Positions 38,276 to 52,215 of a DNA stretch of 64,000 nucleotides are shown in pieces. Position 1 is the first letter of the stretch, and each line of letters begins with the position of its first letter. This DNA comes from Octopus vulgaris. Its lineage: Eukaryota. The notes beneath the pieces were generated by a model. The model did not search any database. It had not been told where the DNA came from and saw only the letters and a program-made list of their open reading frames with translations. A program made the position numbers and the translations under genes. The stretch spans positions 71,300,001-71,364,000 of the forward strand of contig OX597815.1 in assembly GCA_951406725.2 (NCBI GenBank), written 5' to 3'.

Positions 38276-38530
38276 GAAATGAAGAAAATGCTGACAAAAT
38301 ACTTTAAGTAAGGGAGAGTGTATTTAATTAGGTGAAAGTTCTTTTTACCGGTTGCGCATTTGTTATGCTTATCAAAAGATATTTTTTAAGAGAGATAGAT
38401 TTTTTTCTCTCTTAAAAAAATATCTTTTGATAAGCATAACAAATGCGCAACCGGTAAAAAGAACTTTCACCTAATTAAATACACTCTCCCTTACTTAAAG
38501 TATTTTGTCAGCATTTTCTTAATTTCCTTT
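38272..38530. repeat. Near-perfect long palindrome (~124-bp arms, 10-nt spacer)
   Basis: 38272-38395 is the reverse complement of 38406-38530, with one substitution and a 1-nt difference in a homopolymer. Confidence 0.95.
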
Positions 38531-38830
38531 TTTTATATATCACAACTCGTGTTCCACATCTCCTTTTTTAAATATATATATAATTATGAGTACCGAAGAG
38601 GCAACACCATGCGAGAAATAACAGTCAAAACTGACGCTAGAGCCACATCAAGTATTGATGCATTCGGTACCCTTAATTATAATTATATTTATATTATTAT
38701 ATATCTATAATAATTATTACCTAAACGTTTTTTTCATGCTGGCCACTTGATATCATCGTTAATCTAAATAATGATCTTATACTTAATATATGTGTATACA
38801 CACACACACGCGCATACACACATATGTATA

Positions 38831-38909
<79 letters not shown>

Positions 38910-38957
38910 ATGTATAATATATATATACATATGTGCGTGTGTTTGTGTGCGTATATG

Positions 38958-38996
<39 letters not shown>

Positions 38997-39217
38997 TCCA
39001 TCCTGTGCCATCGCCCGACAAACGACGTTGCCTTGTTTATGTTACCGTAACTTAGAGATTCGGCAAAACAGACCGATGGAAAGAGCACTGGACTTAAAAA
39101 ATCATAAGTACCGGGGTCTATTTATTCGACTAAAATCCTTCAAGACGGTGCCCCAGTATGCCCACAGTTTTATCTCTGAAACAAGGAAAAGATAAACTTC
39201 ACGTCAAATCATTATTA

Positions 39218-40267
39218 TTGGGTTGGCAACTAAGTTCCCGCGGGTTTTTTTTTATTTTAATTTTTTTAAAGGTTTAATAAAAAATAACAACTAATTAATC
39301 AATAATGTGTTCACCCTTGTTTACAACTTCTTCCCAACGTTCAACAAGATTTTCAATACCTCGTTGGTAGAAATCATCCGATTTCGACTCGAAAAATTGA
39401 TACAACCAGGCTCTCAATTCTGCATCAGTATTGAACAAAACTCTGCGCATAGAGTTCTGCGTTGACCGTTTGGATCCGTTCAAGCAATTCGTAATGGATA
39501 ATCCCTTCCCAGTCCCACCAAACGCACAACATCGTTTTACGCGGATGAAGATCTTGCTTCACGCGCGGTGTCGCTTGTTTATCGGGGCTAAGCCTTTACT
39601 TACGCTGCTTCATATTTATGTACAGGCACCATTTTTCGTCGCCAGTAACAATTCGGTAAAGAAATCATTACTTGTGTCCATGAATAGAGCGGTGATGAGC
39701 AAGCAAACCAACGGAGATTGTGGCTCGCTGATTTTTGTTGTTGTCACTTAAAGCATGAGGAACCCATGCTCCATACATCTGAACCTTTCACATCGAGTGA
39801 ATATGCTTCTCTATAGCAGTGTGGGAGCATTCCATTTTCTCTGCCAGTTCCCTTGTCATTTGACGAGAATTTTCGTGCAAAAGTTGGTTTAATCGCTCTT
39901 CATCGAACTCAACTGGACGGCGAGAACGAGGTGCGTCTTTGAGGTCAAAATTTCCATTTTGAATTTGGCATACCAATAACGAGCAGTTCTTTCAGATATG
40001 GTACCGTCTCCATACACAGCGCACATGTCGCGAGCAGCTTTTGCGGCCTTAGAACCTTGATTAAAAGCAAAAAGAAGGAGGGTCGAAAATGCTCGTTTTT
40101 CTTAACTTGACATTCCATTTTAATGATCTGAAAATAAACAAAAATTAACTAAAATTAACTAGAAAAAAAAATAGATTCCAAAATGATTCAAAAATAGATT
40201 CCAAAATTTAAAAACGCAATAAATTCCCAAATTTAAAAAAACGGCGGGAATTTAGTTGCCAACCCAA
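39218..40267 (-). mobile_element. Internally deleted mariner transposon
   Basis: TIRs TTGGGTTGGCAACTAAGTTCCCGC / GCGGGAATTTAGTTGCCAACCCAA with TA flanks. Relics FDLKDAPRSRRP and FYQRGIENLVERWEEVV; the HDNA/YSPDLAP region is missing. Confidence 0.9.
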
Positions 40268-41329
40268 TATTTCTTAACATCTTATTTTTGTCGTGCAGGG
40301 GCATTTCTTGGAACGCGCAGTTCACGTTAAAAGTGTGATATAATCAGAAGATTCTATTTAACAGCTTCCCTATCAAACCCATTTTGCGCCATATTTTCTT
40401 CTGCACCAGCAGTTTAATTACATTATAAATTACGCGGTTTTAGCTTCTTTTAACCATATATCTTTTTGTTCATTCTTTCAACTACTTCATGAATGTCACT
40501 GGTAACTCCCACAATACAGAACGAATTTTACATTCAATCTGTACTACAGGAGTCACTGGTGATACACTTTAAAAAATGTCAAATGTCCATAATACCTCCA
40601 TTTATAGATTTTTATTTTCATTTATTTATAAATTTTTTCTACAGATCATATTTTAAATTATATCATATAAGTCTTAATGGCCTCTTTTTCACATAATTTA
40701 TTTTATGGAGGTCAGCACTTCAATAATAGAGATGGCAGGGACTTGCACCCTTCTTATCAGGTCCTATCGCAGCTTCTATTCATTCCAGTAGAAACCCTCC
40801 AAGAAATACAAAGAAATATGTATTCTGTAAATTGGATAAAAATCAAATAATGTAGTTTGAACTACAGTAATGTGAGGCGCCATAAAAAATAATCACTACT
40901 GGGAGTCACCGGTGTTAAATATATTTCTTTCATCGCTCCCAAAAGTAGTATGGTTGGCGTGTAAAAAAAAATAGCAGAAGAGAATTACGTAAATATTTGA
41001 GAAATCATAACCTACTACACAGCAATTTCGATGTGTGTTTCATCCAGTAGCCACATGTTGACCAATACTTTTGGGGTAAAATTTCATAGACAGGTACTGT
41101 GCAGAAAACTGCCTTCTCTCTCTTTCTCCGAGCAAAACCGAATTTATTGAACGAAATATGTTTTGAAAAGTCACCTGACGAGATGCATCTGCACCGAAGG
41201 CTACACCATAACCAGTTGTATAGTAACCTCACTCGCAAGGGGTTGATGCAAGATGGGTCGAAACGATTGTTGTAATTGATAAAAAATTTCGTGAATTCCG
41301 TTTTCAGTTTCTCTCATTTATTACGCACA

Positions 41330-41371
<42 letters not shown>

Positions 41372-41451
41372 CAGTACACATGAAGTACAACAATTATCAT
41401 ATCATTGACACAGGGATGGAAGACTAGGAAGACAACCGTAAAAAGACAATT

Positions 41452-41704
41452 ACTCTTTACTTGTTTCAATCATTTGACTGCGGCCATGCTGGAGCACCGC
41501 CTTTAGTCGAGTAAATCGACCCCAGGACTTATTCTTTGTAAGCCCAGTACTTATTCTATCGGTCTCTTTTGCCGAACCGCTAAGTTACGGATCTCAAGTC
41601 CTGAATGTTATCTCCTTACCTGTGTCATTCAATCAATATACAGTTCTCTACACCCAACGATATTGAGGTCTACCTCTTTTGTTGTTACACGGCTGTTTGT
41701 CGAG

Positions 41705-41736
<32 letters not shown>

Positions 41737-42157
41737 TTACCCTTCATCTTTTATCTTTTACTTGTTTCAGTCCTTAGACTGCGGCCATGCTGGGGCATCA
41801 CCTTGAAGATTTTTGATTTAGTCGAATGAATCAATCCCAATACTTAATTTTTTTTTTGTTAAGCCTGATACTTGTTCTGTCGAGTCTTTGACGAACCGCT
41901 AAGTTACGGGTACGTAAACACACTAACACGAATTGTCAAACAGTGGGATGGGGGCACAAACACAGACAGAAAGATACACACATAGATATATAATATATAC
42001 GATGGTCTTCCAGTTTCCGTCTACCAAATCAAATCCACTCCCAAAACTTTGATCGGCTCGAGGTTATAGTAGAAGGCCCATGCCCAAGGTGCCACGCAGT
42101 GGGACTGAACCTGCACAAAAAATCATGGGGCTAGAAAGCAAGCTTCTTACCATACAG
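41452..42157 (-). mobile_element. SINE family B: a 3' fragment (41452-41590) and a longer copy (41746-42157)
   Basis: Reverse complements of the family B tail and head. Confidence 0.8.
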
Positions 42158-42837
42158 CGTATATTCCGGGAGTGCTAGGTGTGCTCTACACACCCATCGA
42201 AAATGGCAAATTCATTATAAATATTAACCTTACTCAATAATTTAATCCCAAATCTTAATAAAGGACTTTTGTTATACCCCTGCTTAAAATTTGGTGGCAC
42301 ACCCATTACTACAGCCGCCATACGCCACTAAGGTACAAAAAGACGCAAAGATGGGATGACCGTACAACAAACAGGATGCATCAGGTTTACACTCAAGAAA
42401 AAAAAATTGAAAAAGTATTTAACCGTTAAACGTTTCTAGCCTACATTCTTCTACAGAAAGGGGTGAAAAGGTTAAAGAGAAAAAATGTGGCTGAATTAAA
42501 CGGTCAAGGCTTGCTGGAAAGGGGCCGGTATCCCATTCAGAGAAAATATTATGATCTTGGTCAATTATACACCGTAGAAACAGGGACTTATTAGGCTGGT
42601 TTTCATGAAAACCGGGATTCATTAGGCTGGTTTTATGTTGTATAAGTGACCGTGATCACAACAGTCCTCTTGAACGGAACACTGGTCCGTTGCAGGGTTC
42701 AAGGCCAGCAGTTATTTACCCCAGAACTTGACTGGTACTTGAGTTTATCCAACCCGAAGGGGAGAAAAAGGAGAGTATTGATATTAATATTATTACTATC
42801 ACTATTATTGTTACTGTTATTATTATATTTATTATTA

Positions 42838-43198
42838 CTTGATGAAAACTCTCAGCTTATTTTACTGGATATGATGGAAAGTATCAGTTGTCCATAGCCA
42901 GCAGACTAAGGTCATGCTTCAAGAACCCTGCTAAAAATTCTTGCAGTTCCAAGCAACGCTAATTTTGGTAGGTGTTCTACCTTCACACTTGCAACGATCT
43001 TTTTGAGCCATGTTGGCAGTTGAGTGCTGATACTTCCATGTGCGCCAATTACTATTGGTATCACGTCTACTCTCCTCACTGATCACAACCTTCGTACTTC
43101 CCAGTTCGAATCGTCGTTATTGTTCCTCTTGATACCAGGGTATGCTGTCGATTATCATGCAAGTTCTCTTTTTTTAGTTCACCACAACAACGTCCGGT
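42838..43198 (-). mobile_element. 3' fragment of an R4/Dong-clade LINE within (TAA)n
   Basis: Minus strand VDVIPIVIGAHGSI..VEHLPKLALLGTARIFSRVLEA*, with (TAT)n-type tracts on both sides. Confidence 0.75.
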
Positions 43199-43228
43199 TT
43201 ATTATTATTGTTGTTATTATCATTATTA

Positions 43229-43273
<45 letters not shown>

Positions 43274-43276
43274 GCT

Positions 43277-43428
43277 AAGGCGGTGAGCTAGCAGAATTGA
43301 TAGCACGCCAAAATGCTCGGCGGTATTTCGTCCGATTTTACGTTCTGAGTTCATATTGCCACCGAGGTCGATTTTGTCTTTTATCCCTTTTGGGGTCAAT
43401 AAATTAAGTACAAGTTGAGCACTGGGGG
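43277..43428 (+). mobile_element. SINE family C, truncated
   Basis: Head AAGGCGGTGAGCTAGCAGAA and core GAGGTCGATTTTG. Confidence 0.7.
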
Positions 43429-43827
43429 TGTGTTACGCTTTACATCGCACTGAGAGGGGGAGAGGCAGTAAAGCAGGAATACAAAGAGAGTATATGTAAG
43501 AGGTGTAGGGTGGGTGTCATAACTTTTTGAAAACTGCAATTTTTCATGAAATTTTGCAGAGACAGGAATTTGATAAAGTAGACTGCTATTATGCTGATAA
43601 AATTTAGAAAAATAATAGCATACATCAATTGCAAATTTACAAATGAGACAAAGTAATAAATATTTTTCCTTTAAAAATTAGTATTCATTTCATCATTCTG
43701 TATGACTGCCAAAACATTTGATAGCAGTTAAATTACAACTATTGTATGCATGCCATATTTCTTGATATTTTCCATAGTGGCAAAAGTATATTTCCAAAGT
43801 TATGTATCAAATGACGGGTAAAGCTAA

Positions 43828-43865
<38 letters not shown>

Positions 43866-44420
43866 CTTATCCATATGTGTGTGTGTAGACCTACACACGT
43901 GTGTGTGTGCGCGCACGCGTATGCATGTACATGTATAAATCAAAGGTAGGACAAAATGAACATTACAAGTGGAATTGAACAAAACACAACATGCGGGAAA
44001 ATAGACAATATCATAACATAAGCGATAACATAGACGATAACATAACAACCGGTAAACAGGATACCCGGGCCATTTGCAACAGATTCCCTCATCGGTCGGT
44101 TTCTGGAGAGCCATTATACTTTCACATAGCTTAGCTGTTGTTAGCAAGAGAGAATCATCTGGTGTCTTATAGTCTCTTTAGGTGTGCATGCAGTCGCACA
44201 CCCATGGCGCGCCACCCTTGATCTCCTAGGAGATCGAGGATTTGACAAATGGAGAACTTGAGGAAGAGATTGTTTTAGTTGAGTAAACTGGAGTACAGTG
44301 CGGTGAAATGAAATAATTTGGTTAAAGGTCACAAGTTGTCCGTCCAAGAATCGAACCTACGACCTTATGCTCATGAACCCAATACTCTGAACAGTAAGCC
44401 ATGTGCCACTAGGCCACACA

Positions 44421-44532
<112 letters not shown>

Positions 44533-44580
44533 CATGTATGTATGTATGTATATGTGTATATATGCATGTATGTTTCTACG

Positions 44581-44611
<31 letters not shown>

Positions 44612-44656
44612 GCGTGCATGCATGTATCTATGTATGCATGCATGTTTATATGTATA

Positions 44657-44702
<46 letters not shown>

Positions 44703-44867
44703 ATGTGTGTGTATGTATGTATGTATGTATGTATATAATATATACATATATACATACGTACATGCATGCACAATTGAAAGAAAGACTGTACAGGTAAACA
44801 ACAGGTATCAGTTTAGGTTAGGGAAATTATATATTTAAAGGTTATTGCTAAGTTGTTACAATAGAGT

Positions 44868-47471
44868 TGTTAGAAAAGATTATATCATCGTCGAAGAGAA
44901 AGAATGGAACTGTTCATTCCTAAAATACTCTATTAATAATCAACCTCATTTTTTTTCTCTCTGAAGATGGAATAGTCCGCTACTATATGGATAGCTTTTA
45001 TATCCTTCTATACGTTGGATATACAGATTTCATGAAGCGATAGACAAAACTGTCTTAATACGACGTACTTCAAATTACTCCACTAAACACGATACTCCAA
45101 TAAATACAAACTCTCAACGATTTCAAAGACTTCCTACGACTTCCTCAAACTCTCAACGACTCCTACGACTTCCCTCGTTTCAACCAATACGTTACTCTTT
45201 ATGAGAGTTCTGCTAGCCCAGCCTTCCAATTCCACGAGGCAGTCAATAACTCTCGCCACAACATCTCCCCCTTTGAGATTTACTTCCTAGGGAAGTTTAA
45301 TATTTCTTCCGTTTAGGCACTACTTCCAACCGTTCTGCTTGTGTCCTCTTTCTTGTGCTGCTACGCCTAGGTTCGACTTCTTGTGGTGTTGGAACACCAA
45401 AGGTGTCGTAGAGCCTTCATGTTACCATCTTTATATTTATGTAGCATTACTGCTCCTACACCGTACTAAGAAGCGTCTGAAGCTACAACAATCTCCGCTG
45501 CAGGATCGAAGTGAGCTAGCGACAAATCAGATAGCAATATTTTTTTTAATTTCGTCAAACGCCTTTTGGCAATTGTCTGACCAATTCCATTTCATCTTTT
45601 TCAGTAAATTATTCAATGGAGCCCTAACCTTATGCATCTTTAGGATATAACTTTGGTAATAATTTGGCAGTCCTAAAAATGCTTGTATGGTCGCTATATT
45701 AGTCGAAGGAGGCATATTTTTAATTGCGTCTGCCTTCGACGGGTCAGGACGTCGTCCATTCCTGTCAATGACATCCTAAATATCTTATTTTCGGTAAGAA
45801 AATTCACACTTTTCTTCATTAATGGTAAAGCCATAACCCTAATTTCTTCCAAATAAATATTTTACCTGCTCAACGTGTTGATCCTTAGATTCGCTTTTAA
45901 TGAGTATATCATCCAGATATGGAATAGCGAATTCGCAGTCAGCTAATATTGCAACCATAATCTGTTGGAAAATTGCTGGTGCGACCTTTAAACCAAATGG
46001 TAACCTGTTGTATTTATAGTCCTTTATGTGTGTTCACTGTTAGGTATTTCGAGAATTCATCGTCTACTGTAATTTGTAGGTACGCGTCAGGGAGATCCAA
46101 TTTAATAAATATCTTTCCACCGTTTAATTTCGCAAAAATATCCTCCGGAGTAGGTAGCGGATAGTGGGATGTTGTAAGACAATCGTTTAAACCAGTGGAA
46201 AAGCCAGCGCACACTCTGATTTTATTATTCTTTTTCTTAATATTCACAGTTGGTGCAGCCCATTTAGAATATTCCACTTTTTGGATAACTCCTATTTTTT
46301 CTAGTCTCTCTAGTTCTTCATTGACTTGTTTCATCGCTGTGAAGGGTACCATTCGTTTTGGTTTAAATACTAGTATGGCGTTTTCTTTTGTTTGGAAACA
46401 CGCCTTTGTCTTGATACACAGACCTATTTCATCGGACAGAACTTCAGGAAAAATATTTTCTATTTTTTCTTTCAATTCGTCTGACGACTTGTTTTTACTG
46501 GAGGAAAAGCCATTTATATTTTTACAGAACAGATTTATGGGGTGGTCCCATAAATCAAGCAATTCCATCCAGTCTGTACCGAACAAGTTTGTTGCATTAT
46601 TTAACACAAAACTTTCAAGTTTTACCCTTAAATGTAACCTCAGTTATCATTTCGCCCCAAAAATGTTTTTTTTTTTTTCTGCGACACTATTCACAATTTC
46701 TAAAGTTTCCATTTATTTAGGCTTTCCAAATTTTTTCTAAGTGTCAATGATAATAATTGTAATATCACTTCCTGTATCTAGCTGTAACTTCACGTTCAAA
46801 TTATTAATCTTTATGTACACAAATTTTCTTTTGTGAGCCTTGCCTAAACTTTCTGTTGAGAAAACCTTTCCAGAATTTTTTTCCGTTCAACCTTTTTTTT
46901 TCTGCAATGAGATCTTTTATGTCCGATTATGGATTGAGTATTGATCTTCGTTTTTCTTTTTCCTTATCCGTTACAAGTCGACACGCATGTATCTGTGAGT
47001 AATACTTTTCTTCAATTTTATTAATTCTATGACATTCTTCTGCCACTGCCTGCTGAGTCAAATTCTAGTCCTGTTCTAATTTTGTCAATATCCGGGTACG
47101 TATCTCTGCATCCTTGCTTGCAGTTAACCCTTGAACAAAAATTAGACATTTGAACATGTCCGGGGTTAATTTTTTTAGTTAGACTTTTTCGCATTCTCGA
47201 TTGACGACTCCGGCATACGTGACGGAATTTCCATCATCTTTTTTACTAAATTCAAACATTCCCAGCGAGTATTGAACAGGGAACTTCTCTCACTGAAAAT
47301 CTTCGGTAACAATTTAATTGCTTTAATAAATACAAACTCTCAACGACTTTCTCCGACCTCCACGAACTCTCAACGACTACTATGACTTCAGCCAATACGC
47401 TACTCTCTATAAAAGTTCGGCTAGTTCATTCTTCCAATCCCATAGAGGTGTCAATGACTCTCGCCACAACA
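44868..47471 (-). mobile_element. Internally deleted Ty3/Gypsy LTR retrotransposon with two diverged LTRs
   Basis: LTR homology between 45099-45263 and 47325-47471 (both end CTCTCGCCACAACA). PPT (TCTCCCCCTTTGA on +) at 45264-45276. Gag FNTRWECL..FKCLIFVQGL, protease LDTGSD, RT YLDD and RNase H start SDAS*YGVGAV, after which most of RNase H and integrase is deleted. The left boundary is approximate. Confidence 0.9.
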
Positions 47472-50346
47472 ATAGCTTATCTTCGTTCACTGGGAAATTC
47501 TCCATGTGCACATCTATTCAGGGAAAAGCTGCAAAAGACTATCTGCTCACCTTCTTACTTCCTCATTTCTTACGATGTACTTTTTTTCTAACTGTATTGT
47601 AACAAATCAGCAGTTATGTTTAAAAATATAAATTCCATACCCTACACTAATACCTGTTGTTAGCCTGTTCATTCATTCTCTCTTTCTTCTATACATGAAC
47701 ATGCTCAATTATAAACCACTTATAGGCATTCGTTGCTAGACATTTGCAATCCCACCTTTTCTTTCTTTTTTTTTTTGCTTTTGTTGCAGTTCAAGTCGGA
47801 ATTTTAGGTAGTAAGTCAACTCAACTCAATGAAAAGGACAAAAGATATGATCTATTTGAGCATATTGATATATTAAATTGATCGCTGGATCATTGACGAT
47901 GGAGTAGGAAATTCCGTTGATCAATCAACTGAATTACCTGCCCCTAAATTAACGTGTAAGTGGCTGAGTATTCCACAGATACGTGTACGCTTAACATAAT
48001 TCTCAGGTGGAATCAGCGTGATGCAGTTTCACTTTTTCCCCCAGGCTCACTCATAATGTATGAGTTGATCCAATGCTATAGAAAACAATTAGTACCTGTG
48101 ATGTCACACATTAGGAGTGAACCCGAAATCTCGGTCTGGCGAGATAAATTTCTTAACTATTCAGTAATACTTACGACAATGTATTTTAAATATCAAATAT
48201 TTAATTCTAATTAACACGCCACAAAAACATGTAACCTGTTTGTACACATTAAAACACGCACATACAGATATTGAAGTATCGGGAAGAACACAAGTGCGTT
48301 TCAGGCAGCGGGATATCGGCGAATTCAGAAATATACCACTACCTTCCTCTTGAGTTTGGCACAGACTAACGGCCGAACTAAAAATAATTCTTAAACATAT
48401 AGAAACTAACAAAATGAACCGAGACATCTAATTCGGTCATAGTCTGTCTGAGTTGTAAATAGCTTTATAGAAAGAATTCTTATTGCACAAATCGGATGCT
48501 GTAAAACAATTTAAAGTCAATTTACAGAATAATTTTGGATATAATTAATGTTGAAGAAATATTTCATATGTGAAGGATTTAAAGAGAACTTAATATTGAG
48601 TAGTGGACCCCGGCCATTTTTTTACCAATGGGCCCCCAAGGAATTCGATACGTAAAAGCTAGTTTTATAGATATTTCTTTGAAAATACTTATTTTGCTTT
48701 TCACACAACTTGTGTATGTAAAACGTTAGAGAAAGAAAACCAAGCTGTTTCTCGCAGTAAATGCATTTAAATGAACATTTTCCATGGACCTTTAAAATAC
48801 TACTGGGGATCCTTAATTTACTATTTTGCTTGAGTGGACCCCTAAAAATCTTACACGGACCCCATCCATGTGCGCGCGCACATACACACATGTACACGCA
48901 CACACACACATGTATACGCGCACACACACGTGCACGCACATACACACACACACATACATATGCGTGCGCGCAAAATAGAAAGTGTGAGAAAGAGGACAGG
49001 AGAGAAATAAAGAAATACAAATAATAAAGAGGACAGGAGAGACAGTGCAATTTATTAATCGAATAAGAAAGAAAGAAAGAAAGAAAGAAAGAACAAGAGA
49101 AACATTAAAACACCTGATGTCAAATAAGTGAGCGTTGAGTCAGCTAAAATGGCTGTGTAAAAATGTATCTTACCTAGTGTAGAACATTGATTGTTATATT
49201 AAGTATCTTTTACGTTATATTAAGTATCTTTTATTTTTTATTGTTATATTAAACATCTTTTAATTTAATTAGAACTTTCACATGGTAACTTCGTTATTGT
49301 CAAGCATTTGCTCTGGGCAAGACGTTGAAACATAATTTGATGGTGAGGCACCAGCGCAGGAATTTAAGAATCTGGGGGCGTGTGGAGTTACTTCATCAAC
49401 AGTATTCTCCAATCCACCCTGATATGCAAAAGATGACTTAAACACAACTCAATGTATAAATCCAAATAAATAAAATCATCTTATATCAGTTAAAATTCTG
49501 AATTTGATATAAGTAATATCTTAGATCATTAAATTGGTAGCTTTGTTATACATATTAAATGTATATTGGAAGGCGTTTATCCTAATCAAGACATTAAAAC
49601 CGAATTTGCTCGTGAGGTACCGGTTCCAGAGTTCCGTAGTTTGGAAGATTATGGAGTTACTCCTGCGTCACCACTACTCACAGGTCCGTTCGGAGCCCGA
49701 TATGGTACTATCTATCAAGGCCCCTAGTATGTATTAAACAGCAGAGAATGGTCCTATGGTTTAAACATACAGGACATGAATGTAAACACTAAGTAGAACT
49801 TGTAAATAAAAGACGAAATTAGTCAAAATGATTTTCAGTTCGTTCGACAGAGAGAGAAAGAAAGAGAGAGAGAGTGAAAGAGTCCTGTGGTTTAATGGTA
49901 AAGTCTAGTTTCACAGCGAAGCTAGGCTAAATGTGTGTACTAAAGTACACGTATGAATTCATGTGAAATAGCGTTGAACAAAACTGGGTCTAAGACGTGT
50001 AGTACTTAAGTGAAATACAAACCAAGGATTCCGTGTCAGTTGCAGCTCCTTAGAAACAGCTCAAATATGTGTAATACGGTTGCACATAAGACGTAGAGTG
50101 TTTGTGTGAAAGGTTTCGTCAATGTTCGATTTTAGGATGTTGGTACCGGACGCATTTTCCTCCGATCCGTCATTGCGACGCATTCTCTTCAGACTAGACA
50201 ATGCGTGTATCAATGGGTGGCAGAGTTTTGATCCTGGCTGTGGGTGCTCTTAACAAGAGGCAGATGAATCGAAGTTTAGAGTTTTAGCTTGTTCTTCGCG
50301 CGCGCGCGCACACACACACTCATTTTTGCACACTAGCATCACTACC

Positions 50347-50392
<46 letters not shown>

Positions 50393-50496
50393 CCATCGTT
50401 ACCAAAACTGCGTAACTGCCAAGCAAGCTACTGAACCATACAGCCATGCATGCACCTACACTGTAATGTTTTTGTTAACAGATATACGCATAACAA

Positions 50497-50729
50497 TAGG
50501 GTGGCGAGCTGGCAGAAACGTTAGCGCGCCGGGCGAAATGCGTAGCCGTATTTCGTCTGCCGTTACGTTCTGAGTTCAAATTCCGCCGAGGTCGACTTTG
50601 CCTTTCATCCTTTCGTGGTCGATAAATAAAGTACCAGTTTCGCACTGGGGTCGATATAATCGACTTAATCCGTTTGTCTGTCCTTGTTTGTCCCTTCTAT
50701 GTTTAGCCCCTTGTGGGTAGAAAAGAAAT
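50497..50729 (+). mobile_element. SINE family C monomer with a Tx1-like tail and a perfect 17-bp TSD
   Basis: AGATATACGCATAACAA at 50480-50496 and 50730-50746. Confidence 0.92.
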
Positions 50730-51156
50730 AGATATACGCATAACAAGAGGAATTGAATCCAGTCGGGTTTCATGGAATGTCCTTACTAAATATTGCTGAA
50801 CTTGAACGCATTCACTCTACAGCGATATGATTTGGTTGTTATCCAACCAAAAACATTATTTACTATTATTCACTTTAGATATTTTCTTCGGTCACTGCTA
50901 TTTCTGGATAGTTTAACGCAATGTTGCCGGTTATCTCTTGTTAAGCTGTCATCATCAGCTGATACGTTTTCAATGGTTTATGGTTATCATCAAAGAAGTA
51001 TAGAAGTTACCTTGTGATCGCTTGTTTCTTCCACATACGAAGCAGTCTTGGTTGAAATCGAGAAGCTTGTTATTCTTCATTGAAATTCGATATTTTTAAT
51101 CTAAATCTTTTTAAAGATTTCAGTGCTGTTAAGAGATCGGCTACTAATGTTCTACG

Positions 51157-51347
51157 AATAATTTATTACTTTTATACATACATGCATACATACATACATA
51201 CATACATACATACATACATACATACATACATACATACATACATACATACATGTATGTGTGTATACATACATACATGTATGTATGTATGTATGCATGTATG
51301 TATCTATGTATCTATGGTCGGCTTATAAAGTTTTCAGCCGACCCTCG

Positions 51348-51381
<34 letters not shown>

Positions 51382-51434
51382 TGTATGTATGTATGTATGT
51401 ATGTATGCATGTATGTATAAAAGTAATAAATTAT
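51157..51434. repeat. Inverted repeat of unique flank plus (TACA)n
   Basis: AATAATTTATTACTTTTATACATACATGCATAC... versus ...GTATGCATGTATGTATAAAAGTAATAAATTATT. Confidence 0.85.
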
Positions 51435-51435
51435 T

Positions 51436-51490
<55 letters not shown>

Positions 51491-52125
51491 CATGTGAAAA
51501 CGTAACTTAACAATCATCGGACAAGGGTGAACGGAAGAAAACTTACTGGACGATTATATACTTACACATACACGCATATAAATATGCATGCGTACAGAAA
51601 TACAATCATACATGAATATATCTTCTATGCGCGCGTATTTATACATGCATACGCACAAACGCACATGCATACATACATATACATTCATACATAAGTACAT
51701 AAATATACGCATACATCTAATATAATAAATGCGAAAACCAATTTCTGTGTCAGTGTATCACACTTAGACCCCTCTCTCACTATTCAGTGACACTCCTACT
51801 ATTTCTCATGATGAGGTGAGAGTAATAGTAGGCATAGAGACGGTGAGGACGAAGACAGACAGAAAGAAAGAAAAACAGAGGGAGAGAAAGAGAGACAAAG
51901 AAATTTAGAGAGAGTTGATGATGTTTTATTAAAAGTAGTAGTGTTGATGGTGACAGTGGGAGTAATGATAAGAGAGAGAGAGTAAGACTGGGTATGTGAG
52001 AGAAAGAGAGAGATTTTGTACAACTTTGTTTAACCATGTCTCTTTGATAGAAATTTCTGTCACCAACGTACTGTATGCTATAATTTTTGCTTTCTTTAAT
52101 ATATATACATAAACATACACACATT

Positions 52126-52215
<90 letters not shown>

